In this document: piece after piece, positions 29,171-43,450 of the stretch
Position numbering within the stretch: position 1 is the stretch's first letter
Layout of the letters: each line of letters starts with the position of its first letter
DNA from: Octopus vulgaris
Taxonomy: Eukaryota
Assembly (NCBI GenBank): GCA_951406725.2
Contig: OX597831.1
Location: forward strand, 64,046,001 to 64,110,000
Direction: 5' to 3'
Length of the DNA stretch: 64,000 bases
The notes under the pieces: model-generated
Told to the model about the DNA's origin: nothing
The model's database searches: none
Seen by the model: the letters and a program-made list of their open reading frames with translations, nothing else
Program-made: the position numbers and the translations under genes

Positions 29171-30224
29171 GGTGTTACTTCTATGATGGTAATTTCTTTA
29201 TATCTCTTTCAGATTATAAATTGTTAGAAGTCAAAGTTGCAAGAAGTTAGTACTAAATCTAGACTGTGCTTTATTGCATATTGTCTTTGATCATTTATTT
29301 CGCCTGTGTGTTTTTAATTTCATCAAAACTATTTACATACGTTTAGAAGAATCACAGATGTTGAGACAAAATGTTTATTTGACTAATCGCTTAACACAAG
29401 GTTATTCCCCCCCACCACCACCACCAGTTTGGATAACTGACAATGAAAGATAGAGTACAAGTGTTAGAAACCAATCATTTGTTCACACTGTCACTCAGAA
29501 GAATATTAATCCTCATCGATAATCTTTTAAAATATAAATTTCAATGAAGCAAAAACTTCAGAGATTTTATTTCTCGTTCTCTCTTTTATTTCATTTATTT
29601 ACTTTTCTTTTTCCTTTTCTTCAATTTCCAAATCATTAATCAAAGACACCAGTTAATACTACTTATCTGTCACTTATAACAGTTTAACAAACACCAGAAA
29701 GTTTTCTGATATAAGGTAACGAGTATTTAATTTGACCGTTTTCTTATTGGTATATAAAAAGCAAGTCATTTACATCTTTCTGATCACAAGCTATGGTTTT
29801 TAATTTGTTTTACTTCTCGTTTCCGCTGTGTAAAGTATTTGAAATACCATCTTGAAACAGAAAGATAAGTATGAAGACAGTTTAAAACAAGGAAGTATTT
29901 CAGAACTGCTTGAATCTAAAATAAAAGTTATTTCGCTCCCAGTTAAACATGCTTGTGTAATAATTATTAGGGTAATGGGTTATGAATGAATACATGTGTG
30001 GATTCATATTCTATTTATTCAATATTGATACAAAATTAGGCTCACGAGAGCTCTTTCTGCAGCTCCGATGAGTATTGAGCTAGTTTCAATATCATCATGA
30101 TTTTCTCCCTTCCAAACTTCTTAGTGATTGCAGTAAATGGTTATTAAAATCTAAACAAGTATGTGCCTAGATGCACTCATCTTCATAATGGTACAAGGCT
30201 GACATCCAAATAGTGTTAATGAAT

Positions 30225-30529
30225 TGTTTGTTCCTTCTCGTGCCATGCCTGGCTCATAAGGGCCGGTTTCCCGGTTTCCTTGGCGCATAGGTTCCCCACC
30301 TGGACGGGACGCCAGTCCGTCGCAGGTGAGCTGCTGGATGCAGGAAGAAAGAGTGAGAGAAAGTTGTGGCGAAAGAGTCAGCAGAAGTTCGCCATTACCT
30401 TCTGCCGGAGCCGCGTGGAGCATAGGTGTTTCGCTCATAAACACACACACATCGCCCGGTCTGAGATTCGAACCCGCGATCCCTCGACCGCGAGTCCGCT
30501 GCTCTAACCACTAGGCCATGTGCCTCCAC
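30225..30529 (-). mobile_element. SINE family S3 variant
   Basis: tRNA head; 13-bp TSD AGTGTTAAT(G/A)AAT (30212-30224, 30530-30542). Confidence 0.93.
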
Positions 30530-31857
30530 AGTGTTAATAAATAGCTTTCAGCTACTATCATCAGCAGTTTTAGGAGAGATGAGGGAAATCTGATGAATTG
30601 TTAAATAACAAGGAACTGTTGATTTAGTACGCCTATTACATTAGGTGCTCGTGATCAATAAATCGGGATGGATATGAGTTCGTGTATTGGTATGTGTAAT
30701 TATTTATGTGTTACTTAGAATTAGAAAGTCAGTGTTTCAAATACTTTTGTCTTCGTTAAATTCATTGATTATAAAAGAAAAAGATTCGTGTGAGAATATC
30801 AATTAAATATGCATGATTGCTAGAACCACATGTGTATAACGTGTCCCTGCAACAGCTCTTTACACTTCCCTTTCATCTTCCATACTCTGGATGTTGTTGT
30901 TTCTATTGTTGCTGTTGTTGTACAGATCTATGAGGTAAATATAAATCTACTACTGTTTTGATTAAAATTGTATTTCAAATTAAAGGAAATCATCTGTTTT
31001 GTTTTATTTTTCAGGTTTTGTTTCCTTATTTCCCAATCAAAACTTTTTTATGGTTGTACATTAAATAAAGCAATCATGACATAAATTATTTGAGGAACTG
31101 TAAAATGTAATTAGTCTTGTTTTATTTTGTGGGCAGAAATAACGAAGATTGTGATGATAAAGTACATACAAAGAATGAGTAAGGTCTCTTGAGAAAATTG
31201 TAACAGCTGGAATCTTCACAATGGCTTTGAAGAAGAATATCAGGTTTCGTTAGAATTAAGTTTCATGTATGACTGGGGAAAAAAAAAAAGATTTTAAATA
31301 TAGCTGTGAAGGCGACGAATTGACAGAGTTGTTAGAATGTCGGATAGAATGCCTCGTGGTGTTTGTTCTGACTCTGCGCTGTCAGATACACAATCTGATA
31401 AACATCCATATCTACACATGCATACACATACACATAAACACACACAACACATACATACACAAATACATACACACAGAGGAACACGCACATGCACATACAC
31501 ATACACATACACACATTCGCATATCATATTTTGCCGATATTTCAGCAGGAAGCCAGTGAAAAAATACCAATCAACTGTGGTGGAATGGCAGAAAATTTAG
31601 AGAGTCGAACAAATTGTTTTACGGTAACTGTTCTGTCTCTTTGCGTTCGGACAGCAGCAACTGCGGCAACACTAGTGACAAGCTCAGCGGCAACACAGCC
31701 CATCTTCCTTGGATAAACATAGGTGACGTGGAGAGGAGAGACATACATGCATTTGGCCATACTGACGACGCCAGGTTTTGTAAGAATCAGTGAATTATCC
31801 ATTGAGTTATTTAGTAAGAAAGAGAACAGGCTGAAATAGTTTTGTGCCAGCCTCACC

Positions 31858-32919
31858 ATGTCTTCCCAACTGAGCAATGTTGTTGAAAGGGCTTAGATCA
31901 CCCAGGCCTTCAGAAATGGTACCAAAATTCATTCTCTGGCTCCAATCTTCAAGGTCCATTCAAGAACCATTAGGAGAATTGTGAATAAGTAAGATAGAAA
32001 AGGGAACAAAAGAAAGGAACCTGGATCAGGATGTCATAACCACAAGAGGGATCATCATTTCAATCTAGAGCTGAAGAGATCAATCAGAAGAGATCCAATT
32101 CAATCCATAATATGCTTGGCACGTGAGAGGGGAGTTTCAGCTATGACATTTCAAAGAGCGGTGACAGAAGATTTTAAAATAAAATCGTATGTGAGACCTG
32201 TGAGGCATCTTGTTACTCCAGGACAAAAGGTTACAAGGCTGGAAAGTGCGAAGTTCATCGTGAACAAAGTGAAACAGAATCTTGGAGTGATCCTTTACAC
32301 AGATGAGAATTTCACCCAAGATACGCATACAAACAGACCCAACAGCTGCGTTATGGTTTCAGGTCCTCACGAGAGGGCCAAAAATAACATTTTCAGGGAC
32401 AAAACCCTTGCCAAGGTAATGATTTTCGCCTGCATGGCCTCTACTGGCAAGAAGATACCGATGATCATGTTTGAGAGGCTGACAGGAGTTTATTATATTC
32501 AGGTTTTGAAAGATGTAAATACCCTGCTGAATATCCTGGAAATTCCAATAAGACCACTAAGGACTTCAAGTTTACATTCCAGCAATGGAGCTCCTTGTCA
32601 CACAAGTGCAGTGGCTCAAATATTTCTCAGGTTTGGGGATAAGGACGATTGAATCTCCCCATCACATTCATCATCTTATTTGAATCCTTTAGACTTCAGC
32701 ATCTGGAAGGAACTGGTCAGAAAAGCTTGCGAGAAGTCCCACAGTAACCTGCATGCCCTCAAAAGCTCCATCTGTAGGATGTGGGAGAAGGACATTGATG
32801 AGGAATTCATTAAGAAATTTTGTGCTGCAATCAGGAGGAGAGGGTTTAAGAAGTCATTGCCAAAAGAGAATCAGCTCTTGATGCCTAACAGGTTGAATTT
32901 CGGCCACGATTGTCTCTGA
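31858..32919 (+). pseudogene. Tc1/mariner (DD37D/maT-like) transposase pseudogene
   Basis: ILYTDENFT, KVMIFACMASTGK, NGAPCHTS, LNPLDFSIW, HSNLHALKSSI motifs, with stops and frameshifts; TIRs not identified. Confidence 0.88.
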
Positions 32920-33243
32920 TATTTAGAAATATAACTTTAAGCTTCAATTCTAACTTTATTCCAGTCCTTTATGAACTCTCAATCCTGAGCTATGATTAAT
33001 TATTTTTTAAAATGTCATTTTCGCCCATGATCAACTTCATCACGATCCTTCGAGCGAGCTTGCTCAAAATAGGGTCCAATAATGATAGAAAAACCTCTAA
33101 TGATTCCATTAAGTTATCTTTAAGGATTCCTGAGATACAAAGGTTCGAAGTTGAATCTAAAATTTGGAAAATTTTGCTGATACATATATTATTGTACATA
33201 TGTGTATAGATAGATAGGTAGGTAGATAGACAGATAGGTAGAC

Positions 33244-33353
<110 letters not shown>

Positions 33354-33536
33354 ACAGACAGACATGCTCACACACACACGAGATAGAGTGTCCACCAGAA
33401 GATATATAAAAAAAAGAATTCTGCGTTCAAGAAAGTGAAGACCGCTGTAATTCCAAGATTTTATAGAAAAGTCCAAGAAATATAGACTGGAGAAGCGACG
33501 GTGAGCAACAATTGGGCAATATTATTAAACGGAGAG

Positions 33537-33750
33537 GAGGCGGCAACCTGGCAAAATCGTAAGCACGCCAGGGAAAATGCTTAGCGGTATTTCATCCGTC
33601 TTTACGTTCTAAGTTCAGATTCTGTCGAGGACGACCTTATCTTTCACCTCTTTCGGGGTCCATAAAAATAGTACCAGTTGAATACTGGGGCATATGTAAT
33701 CGACTTACCCCTTCCACCGGAGTCACTAGCCTTGTGAAAAATTTGAAACC
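33537..33750 (+). mobile_element. SINE family S1
   Basis: Homology to S1. Confidence 0.88.
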
Positions 33751-34834
33751 CATATTATTAAAAGGAAAGGTATATTATATTTCTGCAAAATCTTTGAAAA
33801 AAAATGAAATGAGAAAACGGGGGAAAAATTCAATGTTGCGATATTGTAATAGAAAGAGGGAACATGAAACATTTGTATTATATAGACGAAAATTGAAATA
33901 AGAATTATCAAGATTATCGTGAAATAAGAATTATCAAGATAGTGTTAACTTGCTTATTAGTAAAGGATAACTGAACAGATCGGTATTTCATTTCAAAGAG
34001 TCAGAAATGAGAGAATGCACCTAACATCAAAGAATAGTAAGATGCCATAGATTATAAAGAAACAACAAAAGCTGACATTTTGGAAGTTACAATGACGAGA
34101 CATGATTTCCGTAAAAGCACTTGAATCAGACCTAAACAGATTAGAATATGTTTCCAGGTGTTTTAAATATGTTTGAAAGAAAGGATTTCCAGCAGATAAG
34201 GAAGAGGAGAATGGAAATTCTTACAGCGCTATAATAGATTTATACCAACACATGTTCCAGTTACAAAGAACTTGTATCTCATCGGCTCCGGAAAAAAATA
34301 TTCGACAGAATTATATTGGAAAGATTGAAAGGACCAATAGACAATATGCTGGATGTCTGGTAAGAGTAGGATTCAAAAAGATCATGAATGAACCATCGCT
34401 AAGATGGTTGTAGAATGTTTTCCTCGTCGCGCATTGATCTGGTTTCTATATTTGTTATTTCTCTGTCACCTGTATTCTCTTCCGTCGTTCACTGCATTTC
34501 TCCAACACTTACAAGTCTTCAGGAGAAGAAAGAAGCATTTCTGTATACTATCGCTATTATTATAACGGTAAAATCCAGAATTCCTAACAAACACTGTTCG
34601 TTTATTCCTTAGAAACACATCGTTATATATATATTATTGCATGCGTGTCTGTGAATGTGTGTATGCGCGAGCGTGTGTGTATGTATGTGTGTGTGTGTGT
34701 GTGTTCATCTGAATGTGTATATATGAGCACGCGTTCATGTGTGCGAGTACATGTAACAAATAATTCAATAAGAAATGTGAAGTACCTAACAGGAAGTTCA
34801 AATAATTTCAGTTACCGTAAGGAAAGTAAATTCT

Positions 34835-34876
34835 GAAGCTTCGTTAAGGGGCCAGCGGATCAAAACGTCCGGCTTC
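34835..34876 (+). ncRNA. heavily decayed hammerhead-like motif
   Basis: GAAGCT-TCGTTAA-GGGGCC(AGC)GGATC-AAAACGTC-CGGCTTC; helices recognisable, core mutated. Confidence 0.25.
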
Positions 34877-35135
34877 TTTCTTCCTTTATAAATGGTAACT
34901 ACGTTTATTTAAACTACCACACTTCCGCACGATTTTAAAGAGCCGCTTCTGTTCTAACTGTAAGAGCGATAGAGTGCTGCCAAAAAGATCGATGACTTGT
35001 ATTCCTTCGATGATATTGCGTTGTAGTCAAAGACAGGATTCTTAACTCCCGAAAGACCAATCAACAAATCGTGTACAGTAGACTGGTATCGCTCGAAGAT
35101 GTACTAACAAGTAATGTTAAGCTTTTCCAAGTTAG

Positions 35136-35534
35136 CTCGGATCTTTTCGGTTTGAACGGCAGATTTTAACATAATTTCTAGGTAACTAAAACATTTTAAA
35201 CTTCGTATACTGCTAGAATGTGTTTATAAAACATCTTTTTCTCTTGGCTTTATTGAGAAAATTCTATAGCTTGTAAGATATTTGTTGTTGTTTTTTTTCT
35301 TCAATTTCTGCAATTTCAACCAATCACTGACGTCTATTGAGGTAAAAAAACATTCTGTGCCGTATGAATATGTCCCTCGTTTAAGAAACAGATTGGGTTT
35401 ATATAGCATATTCTCAATAAAGCCAAGAGAAAAAGATGTTTTATAAACACATTCTACCAGTATACGAAGTTTAAAATTTTTTAGTTACCTAGAAATTATT
35501 TTAAAAACTGCCGTTCAAACCGAAAAGATCCGAG
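35136..35534. mobile_element. MITE with ~125-bp TIRs
   Basis: ctcggatcttttcggtttgaacggcag...ttattgagaa (35136-35260) is inverted at 35413-35534; TSD not clear. Confidence 0.92.
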
Positions 35535-36103
35535 AAGTCAAATTTCCCTCAAATCCCACCGTTTTACCTTAAAGAGACTCCTTAGACGATGTAGTACTTC
35601 ACAGACCTGAAAACAAATTAATGGTTACAGCTCGAATTACTTCCATCATAGATTTACTCGATGCCCAGCAAAATAACAACATAGTCCTTATTGTATAAAT
35701 ATTTGCCTAAATCTCTTTCTTTTGGACAGTTTAGGAAAAACTGAAAGAATTTATAAAACAAAAACTGAACTGTAAAATATAATCCATTAGGCCTTGTTTT
35801 TATTTTGTTAATGTTTTCCTTTTCTACATTTTTGGTTTATTTCAAAATCGTTCCTTACTTATAAACCTCGGCCATAGAATACCCACGGCCAGGGCGACGT
35901 ATCGATCTTGTCTTTGACCGTGATACAACGTCGTTCCGTTCTTCCCACTCGTCACTGTTGAAGAAACGATTTAGCAACTTCTAAATTGATCAAGCAATGA
36001 ATAGTTTTTCCATTAGACAGATTCCTGTTCTGAAAAGATGTCTTTAGAAAGGAACAGAAAATTGAAACTGTTTCATTTTTTTCTTTCTCCCATTCTCTCC
36101 CTC

Positions 36104-36141
<38 letters not shown>

Positions 36142-36680
36142 TTTTAGTTTATCTTTCCTATTTTTGTTCTCTTTTACTATTCTTGATTCATTCAATTGGT
36201 TAGGTGGAATGAGACGAAGATAAATTATTAACGGTCAATATTTCCTTTCTGCAGTTCTTTGAGTCGATGTAAAAACGCGTCTTTCAGTCTCCTAATACTC
36301 AGCCAGTCAGCGTAACAATTTGCGTTATCTACTTCGAAATCTCTTTTCTCCAACAAATTACTAACAAATACTATGCATTTATTCCTGAGAACCGCACCAG
36401 TATCTGTATGTGACTGTGTTAGTAAACGTTTTGTATGAGTGTGCCCATATGTGTGCATGTATGTGTGCATGTTTACATATGAATGTGTGCGCATGTGAGC
36501 ATGCGTGCGTAAAAAAATTAAATTTGTATCCATAGTTGTTTAATGTAAATTGATACTAAATTATGGACTTAGATATACAGCATAGAGTGGGAAGGAATAT
36601 AAAGAAAAACTGAAGGCAAATAACCAGTAGGCAACAATGTCACAACCCCGCGGGTCACAGTAGCAGAATATTATACTGTG

Positions 36681-36685
<5 letters not shown>

Positions 36686-36724
<39 letters not shown>

Positions 36725-36769
36725 CGTACGTATACATACATATATACATATATAAACACATATATAAAC

Positions 36770-36802
<33 letters not shown>

Positions 36803-36842
36803 TATAAAGATATATTTATATATATATATATAAATATATCTT

Positions 36843-36873
<31 letters not shown>

Positions 36874-36988
36874 GCATAAACATATATTTATATATATATA
36901 TATATATACATATACGTATATAACGTATATATACATATAGAAAGAGAGAGCGAGGGAGAGAGACAGACAGACAGGCAGGCAGGCAGGC

Positions 36989-37077
<89 letters not shown>
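36686..37077. repeat. (TA)n-rich and (GATA)n microsatellites
   Basis: Seen directly. Confidence 0.95.
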
Positions 37078-39126
37078 TGCAGAGAGTGTATATGCATGTG
37101 GGTTTTATTTACCTTGAGGCACAAAAAAATATATACGTGGTCAATACAACTTGATGCTAGCAGAGTGTAATGCCTGATGCCTGTTTACTCAAGTATAAAA
37201 GGTATATAGGAATTTACCGTCCCGAAACACGGTTTCGGTCGATCGTCTGAGAATCGAGAAGCAATTAATAGTAATGTAAATTGCAGAGATCGCTATATTT
37301 TCAAATGGTCACGTGATCGTCGAAGCCAGCTGTAATTTATTATGCATCGGTGGGATCGGTTCTAAATATCTTGAAACAGAATTTGGACCGTATACTGGCA
37401 GGTTGAAAATAATTCGCTTTTTAATTGAACTGGGGCTGGATGGCGAATGATATGGAGTTTATCTGTAAAAGAGAATCCATACAAATTTGACGCATTTATA
37501 TAGTATTTTATTCCAAATATATTTCGAATTACTAAATGATATTGCTTATTTCCAAATATACTTAGAAAATAAAAGTTGGTCCTATTTCAAATTATATTCT
37601 AAAAATACCTTTAGCTTTAGCAAATGTATACTGCATAAATAATAACTATTCGTTGCCAGAAGTTAATTGCAATAGCCAGCCAGAAGTATGAATATAAATA
37701 GTATAAAATCTATTTGCTGATGTGCTACAACGTCGCACAAGTAGAACAAAATTCTAATTATGTGTTAGAAGCAACTCAATGATGTAAACATTATTATGAA
37801 TATCATATACTTAATGAATGTGTTATTAAACGCTACGAAGCTGCAGTATTTCGTTTACAGGTGATATAGATTTTCATATATTGGAAAATATTGTTTGATA
37901 AAACACAAGCGAAAGATTTCCTGTTCGGAAATCTTTGCATTGACTAATTCAGGTAAATTTTAGAGAGAAACTGTGTGAGAATGACGAGACGTAAACTGTG
38001 ACACGTATATAAGGTTATGATTGCAAATATAGAATTACGATATTGCTTATTGGTTGATCACGATGTAGTGATTATCGCTGATAAAGACTCTATCATTACG
38101 TTTAGTCTTAAATATCATATTCAAGCTTCAGAGAGATTAAATATAGCTAAGATTTCGTTACCAACAATTGTGGAAAGTATATGTCCAAGTCCATATTCTA
38201 CTTTATTATATTACGTCAGCTTTATATATTCTCATCAATGTAGCAGCAATTTTTGTCCATGAGAATACATTCTATTAAACGGATGGAAAATAATATAACA
38301 GAAGTAATTCTTTTCCTTTCTTTTTTTTCAGTTAGAAGCAATGGCATTTGAATCTTCGACGGGGTTCATCATAAATCAGAAGCATTCTGTTCAATTATAA
38401 ATAGAATTCTATTGCTCATTTTCGATAATTGGCAGGTATCGAATATGCTGGAAAAATTTATAAGAAACCAATTCACGCAAGAAAATTTCATTGCGTGTAT
38501 ATCGATATTCATGAAGTTAAAAATAATAAAATTTCTCGTGTGCATCTGATTCGTTGACTGAATAAAACCACAGCGAATTTCTTATAATATATTCTGGTCT
38601 TAATGATCTGTCTTCCTCCTTGATATCTACATATCTCAGATTATTACAGCAAGTTGCACACATATAATTTCTGCTTATGTTAAGGCGTTACGCCTAACAC
38701 AGCATTAACATTATTATTCTCTATATTTATTTACATGCATTCAAAGAAATACACCTTACGTTCAATTAAGAAATACACTCCTATATTCACTTTCAGTAAG
38801 GAGAATCTGTTTTCAAATATAAAAAATATAAAGGCTATCTTATTTTATCAATTCAAGACTATCCATACTGGAAACCCCCTGAATTGTCAGTTTTGGGGGT
38901 TTCACGGCCGAAAAAAGGAAAATCCATGCAATCGCTCAGTTTACTAGAAAAAGCAACCAAAATTCTCTCAAAACATACTTGAAGAAGGAAGGTCATTGGC
39001 TAATGTACTTTTGATGTATCTCTTGAAAATAAATTGTGAAAGTCGTATCTGAAACACTTAAGTTTGCTTAATCGAAGCTGACTGGGCGCAAAACAACAAT
39101 CTCATCAATATTGCACACAACACTTA

Positions 39127-39550
39127 AGGTGGCAAGCTGGTAAAATCGTTAGCACGCCGAGCAAAATGCTTAGCGGCATTTTGTTCGTTCTGAATTCAAA
39201 TTACGCCGAAGTTGACTTTGCCTCTCCTTCTCTCGTGGTCGATAAAATAAGTGCCATTTGAGCACTGCGATCGATGTAATCGATTTTCACCCTCCCACAA
39301 AATTGCAGGCCTTGTGCCAAAATTTAAAACCAATTACCACAAGGCATCAAATTGGTAGAAATTCGTTGAACTGTCTCATCAGGTTTTTTTTATTTACTTT
39401 ACAATCCTTTTCGCACCTCAGAATATTTCCTGATAGAAATAGTAGGGCGTTAGATTAGCTACCAAGTGATATTTGGTTTCGAATTTCTGCTTTCTAAGTC
39501 CAGCACTGTGGGACTTAACGCCTTTCATCCCTCCCGAGTCGATGAAAATT
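39127..39550 (+). mobile_element. SINE family S1, one diverged copy plus remnants
   Basis: Homology to S1. Confidence 0.8.
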
Positions 39551-40036
39551 AGTAGCTGTACCACTGCACACTATCCTTTTCATTGACTGTAGTGTTTCTT
39601 TTCTGTTTTAATTGATCTAAAGAATACAAAATGAAGATTAGTTGCCGGCAAATATAGAGCATCGATCTGTGTGACGATTAAGTATTTTTTTCAAGTAGTT
39701 ATTCAAATTCGAAGAACACCATAGCAACAATGCATTGTACATATATCTCCTGACACCAGAGGCAGTGCAAAGAACAAAAAACATTAAACAAGTATCATGA
39801 CTATATAGGGAGAGAATAGGTAACGAGGTCCTTTTCTTCATTCGAAAAATATTATTCTAGGAATTACTTCAAATATACTGGTGGTTATTTTCTCAGTATA
39901 AGATTCTTCAATTTCCTTTAATAGCGATTGTTTCATTTTTGAAAGCGACGTTTTCATAAAAATAGATATATGTATTCGTATTTTGAAAAAAATATTTTGC
40001 AACAATAATTTATGACCTTAATATAAAAACTACTAA

Positions 40037-40832
40037 AGGCAGCGAACTGGCAGAATCGCTAGCAAAATGTTTAGCTACATTTCGTCCGTTTTTACGTTCT
40101 GACCTCAAATGCCATCGAGGTCGAATTTGCTTTCACCCTTTCGGAGTTGATAAAATAAGTACAATTTGGGCATTGGGGTCGATTGCATTGATTTACCTCC
40201 TCCCACCGAACTTGTTAGCTTGTGCCAAAAGATCTGAAACCAATATAAAAACTAGTAGAGTGGAAAGAAAATTTGAACGGTATGTATGTGGAGTAGGAGT
40301 TGTTCCTCTTCTGAGATCAAATCCTGCGATGACTGATTTTATTGCTCATCCTTTTTGCGATCACGTACTTCAAACAACAATAACCATCCTTAGAGATGCA
40401 AGCCTTTGTGCCAAAGTTAGAAATTATAACTGCTTTTATTACAGGGAATTGGTAGAATCGTTTTAGCGTCAAATGGCATTTATTCTTAGATCTTTACGGT
40501 CTACGTTCAAGTCCCAATATCGTCTTTCATCTTTCAGTGGTCGAAAACAATTAAATACCAGTCAAACGCTGAAGTTGGTATAATCGGCCTTCCTTCTTCC
40601 TAAAAATTTCTTGTGCCGAGCACAGTAGCAATTAATAATTAGTTTCTTTATTACCCACAAGGGGCTAAACATAAAGGGGGCAAGCAAGGACAGACAAATG
40701 GATTAAGTCGATTATATCGACCCCGAAAGGATGAAAGGCAAAGTCGACCTCGGCGGAATTTGAACTCAGAACGTAACGGCAGACGAAATACATCTACGCA
40801 TTTCGCCCGTCGTGCTAACGTTTCTGCCAGCC
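40037..40832. mobile_element. cluster of three S1 SINEs (+ 40037-40245, + 40445-40620, - 40643-40832)
   Basis: Homology to S1. Confidence 0.85.
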
Positions 40833-42109
40833 TTAATAATTGTTGCTTTCAATGAATTTAGATGTGATTTTTTTTTTTTTTTTTTGCCAAAGTTTTGATT
40901 TACTAACTTTTGCCAAGGATATTTACTTATTTCTGCCCAGAAATGAAATATTATTTATTCGCTTTAATCATGTAAGGTTATTTTACAAAACAAATTTTAT
41001 TTTATTTTATCGTCTTTCCTGAAAAAATTTTCATTTGAAATCTTGAACTTTGTTCAACTTCATTTGCTGCGGCGTTGAGTTGAAGACACTCCTATCAAAG
41101 CAAGATGTAAACATATAATTCAAGCATTGCGAAGCAGCATAACATAAACAAACCTGCTTTGCAACAGTAAACACAAGTTTTAAAAAAGACAAAATTTGGC
41201 TTTTTGAGAAAAAAATGCTTTTCCTCCAATATTTTGAGACAACAACAACAACAACAACAACGAAAAGAGCAACAGCAACAACACATATGCTAACACAATG
41301 TCGTCAAACAAGAATTTCACACGTGAAGTTGGTTTCATTCAGACTGCCTCCAGCTTTGAATCCTTGAACACGGAAAATAAAACGATTCCAAAACAGATCA
41401 GTGGTAGAATTGTGTTGAAAGGAAATGCATCTTTTATGCCAGAAGAATACATTCAGAACTGGGCAAAGAAAAAATGCTCCAACTTTATCTTTACAAAGAA
41501 AAGTAGGTCAGTAGGGCTTCCTCTTTATCCTTAAAGAACCGATTAAAAGCGACATTTATATGTCTTACACATAGAAAAGCCTACGGAACTATTTGCCTGA
41601 CTTTTAGAACTGAGTTCGAAACTGGCCGACATCAGAAATTATATGCAAAGCATCTATCTGCCTATAAGTTAGTACCGCATGCATAGGACAGGGCAGTACA
41701 AGAGCTACAGTCATACGAACGGAAAGGGATATTTAACCCTGATTCATTGTTACTTTGTAAAACATTATTAAAGTGTGTTAAGAGAAATATAACGAGAAGT
41801 ATGCAGTAGAAATCATAAAGGACTTACAAGTCCTAAAACTCTTTCGAATTCACAAGACCATTTTTGAGTTATGCCCAATTATAAACATAGAGTCCAATGC
41901 TATACGACTGGAGGTAAAGAACAAGAAATCTGTTACTCAAATTAGCCTTCATATTGTAAAAGCAACATGAGGGAGTTTTGTTCAGCAGATATGGAAAAAA
42001 ATGAAGATTGATGAGAATCCAAGGTATGCTCCTCTAGTGGCTACGCCAGTCGCACCACTGACTGTAAATCCGAAAATGACTACAAAATCCGCTTTATTCT
42101 TGGTCCCAG

Positions 42110-42341
42110 ATGCAAACGAGCGAAGGAGGGGGGCTTTCTCCGTCCGGGTTGTGGATCCGTGGAATAAGCTGCCGGGCTAGATAGTGAAGATGCCGACGAC
42201 CGCTCGGTTCAAAGTCTCTCTTGACCAGAAATGGCCTGAACTCTTTGTACGACCACCCTCCCTGTACATAACTCCCTGTCCCCTTACATGGCTTTGCTTT
42301 TGCTTTTTGAGCCAATAAAAATTGAATTGAATTGAATTGAT
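42110..42341 (+). mobile_element. CR1/L2-group LINE 3' end
   Basis: RRRGAFSVRVVDPWNKLPG*IVKMPTTARFKVSLD; AATAAA followed by an (AATTG)n tail. Confidence 0.88.
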
Positions 42342-42899
42342 GCCCAAGTACCTTCTCCCATTCCTGAAATAGTGGATGAAGTAGCCGCGTACTTAGACCG
42401 ACAATTAACAAAGCTCCTAATCTCCGTTCTATAACACCACCACCAATCCCTCATTTGGTGAAAAGGGCAAGTAATAAAAATAGAAAAAATATCTTCAAAC
42501 TGTTAAAGAAAGCAAGAAGGGGAAAAGATAAAAATCTTCACATCTAAAAAGAGAAAAAAAACAGAAAATCGAACTAATACAGAAAACCACAAATAAAGAT
42601 AAATTGATGCCTGATTTTCACGATCGAGATCGAAGTGGGCCATAATGAAAAGTAGTGCGAGTCACATCTACCCATGCGTTCATACAACAATACACAAACC
42701 AGCGAAATACAAGGGTGACAATCAAGATCATTGACCATTGGATTGTAGTCATTGACTCCTGGGTGGCAGTCACTTTTGTAGGGTAGCACAGGCGGGTAGT
42801 AAGTCAGATCAAGTGTGGTGTGGAGGTATGCACCGTTGCAGCGTGTCGATGCACCTACTATTTGTCGGTATTTGCTCGAGTCGTCCTGAGAATGTCTCT

Positions 42900-43450
42900 G
42901 AGTAGTGTGCCAGTCAGTTCTCATCCTTGCGAGATGCTTCTTCATCTACCGTGACCATGTGGCATGTGGTCGGCCATTGTGGGCCGTCAACCATTCGGAG
43001 GGTGAGAGACAGACTGAATTTTTGTCTGACCCAAGAGACTCTAAGGCTAAGTGGTTCCTTTTCCTCACTCAATGAAAGAAGAGCACTCCTTAAACACGTC
43101 CAGAGACTCAGCAATAATAAATTGCATCATTTGCAAAATCCAGGTCAGTAATCGGAGTTTCCCCCAATCGAGTCACCATTCGGCCTATTCACTCTATAGA
43201 GACAATGAACAGAATGAGAGCCAAAACACAACCGTAACGAATCCAGATCTAACTGGGAAAACATCAGATGTTGTGCCCCAATCCTGTTTGCGCTCACTGT
43301 CCCAGTATACAAGGCCACTATCAGCTCAATCAGCCGGGGTGATATATATCTCATCTCCAGAGTACATCCCTGTCCACCGAGTCAAACATCTTGCGGCGGT
43401 CGCTATAAGCTGCGTGTAGCCCTTGCCGAAAACCCCGCCTGCTTTCGATG
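42900..43450 (-). mobile_element. RTE-clade LINE RT fragment, decayed
   Basis: FRQGLHAAYSDRRKMFDSVDRDVLW...PRLIELIVALYTG...; remnants of RQGCVLAP; LLSLSEEKEPLSLRVSW. Confidence 0.8.

Noticed and set aside
29745-29790. ATTGG-TATATAAAAAG promoter-like motif
   Set aside because: Common by chance in AT-rich DNA; no downstream ORF
33900-34420. Possible old LINE remnant
   Set aside because: Too decayed to assign a motif
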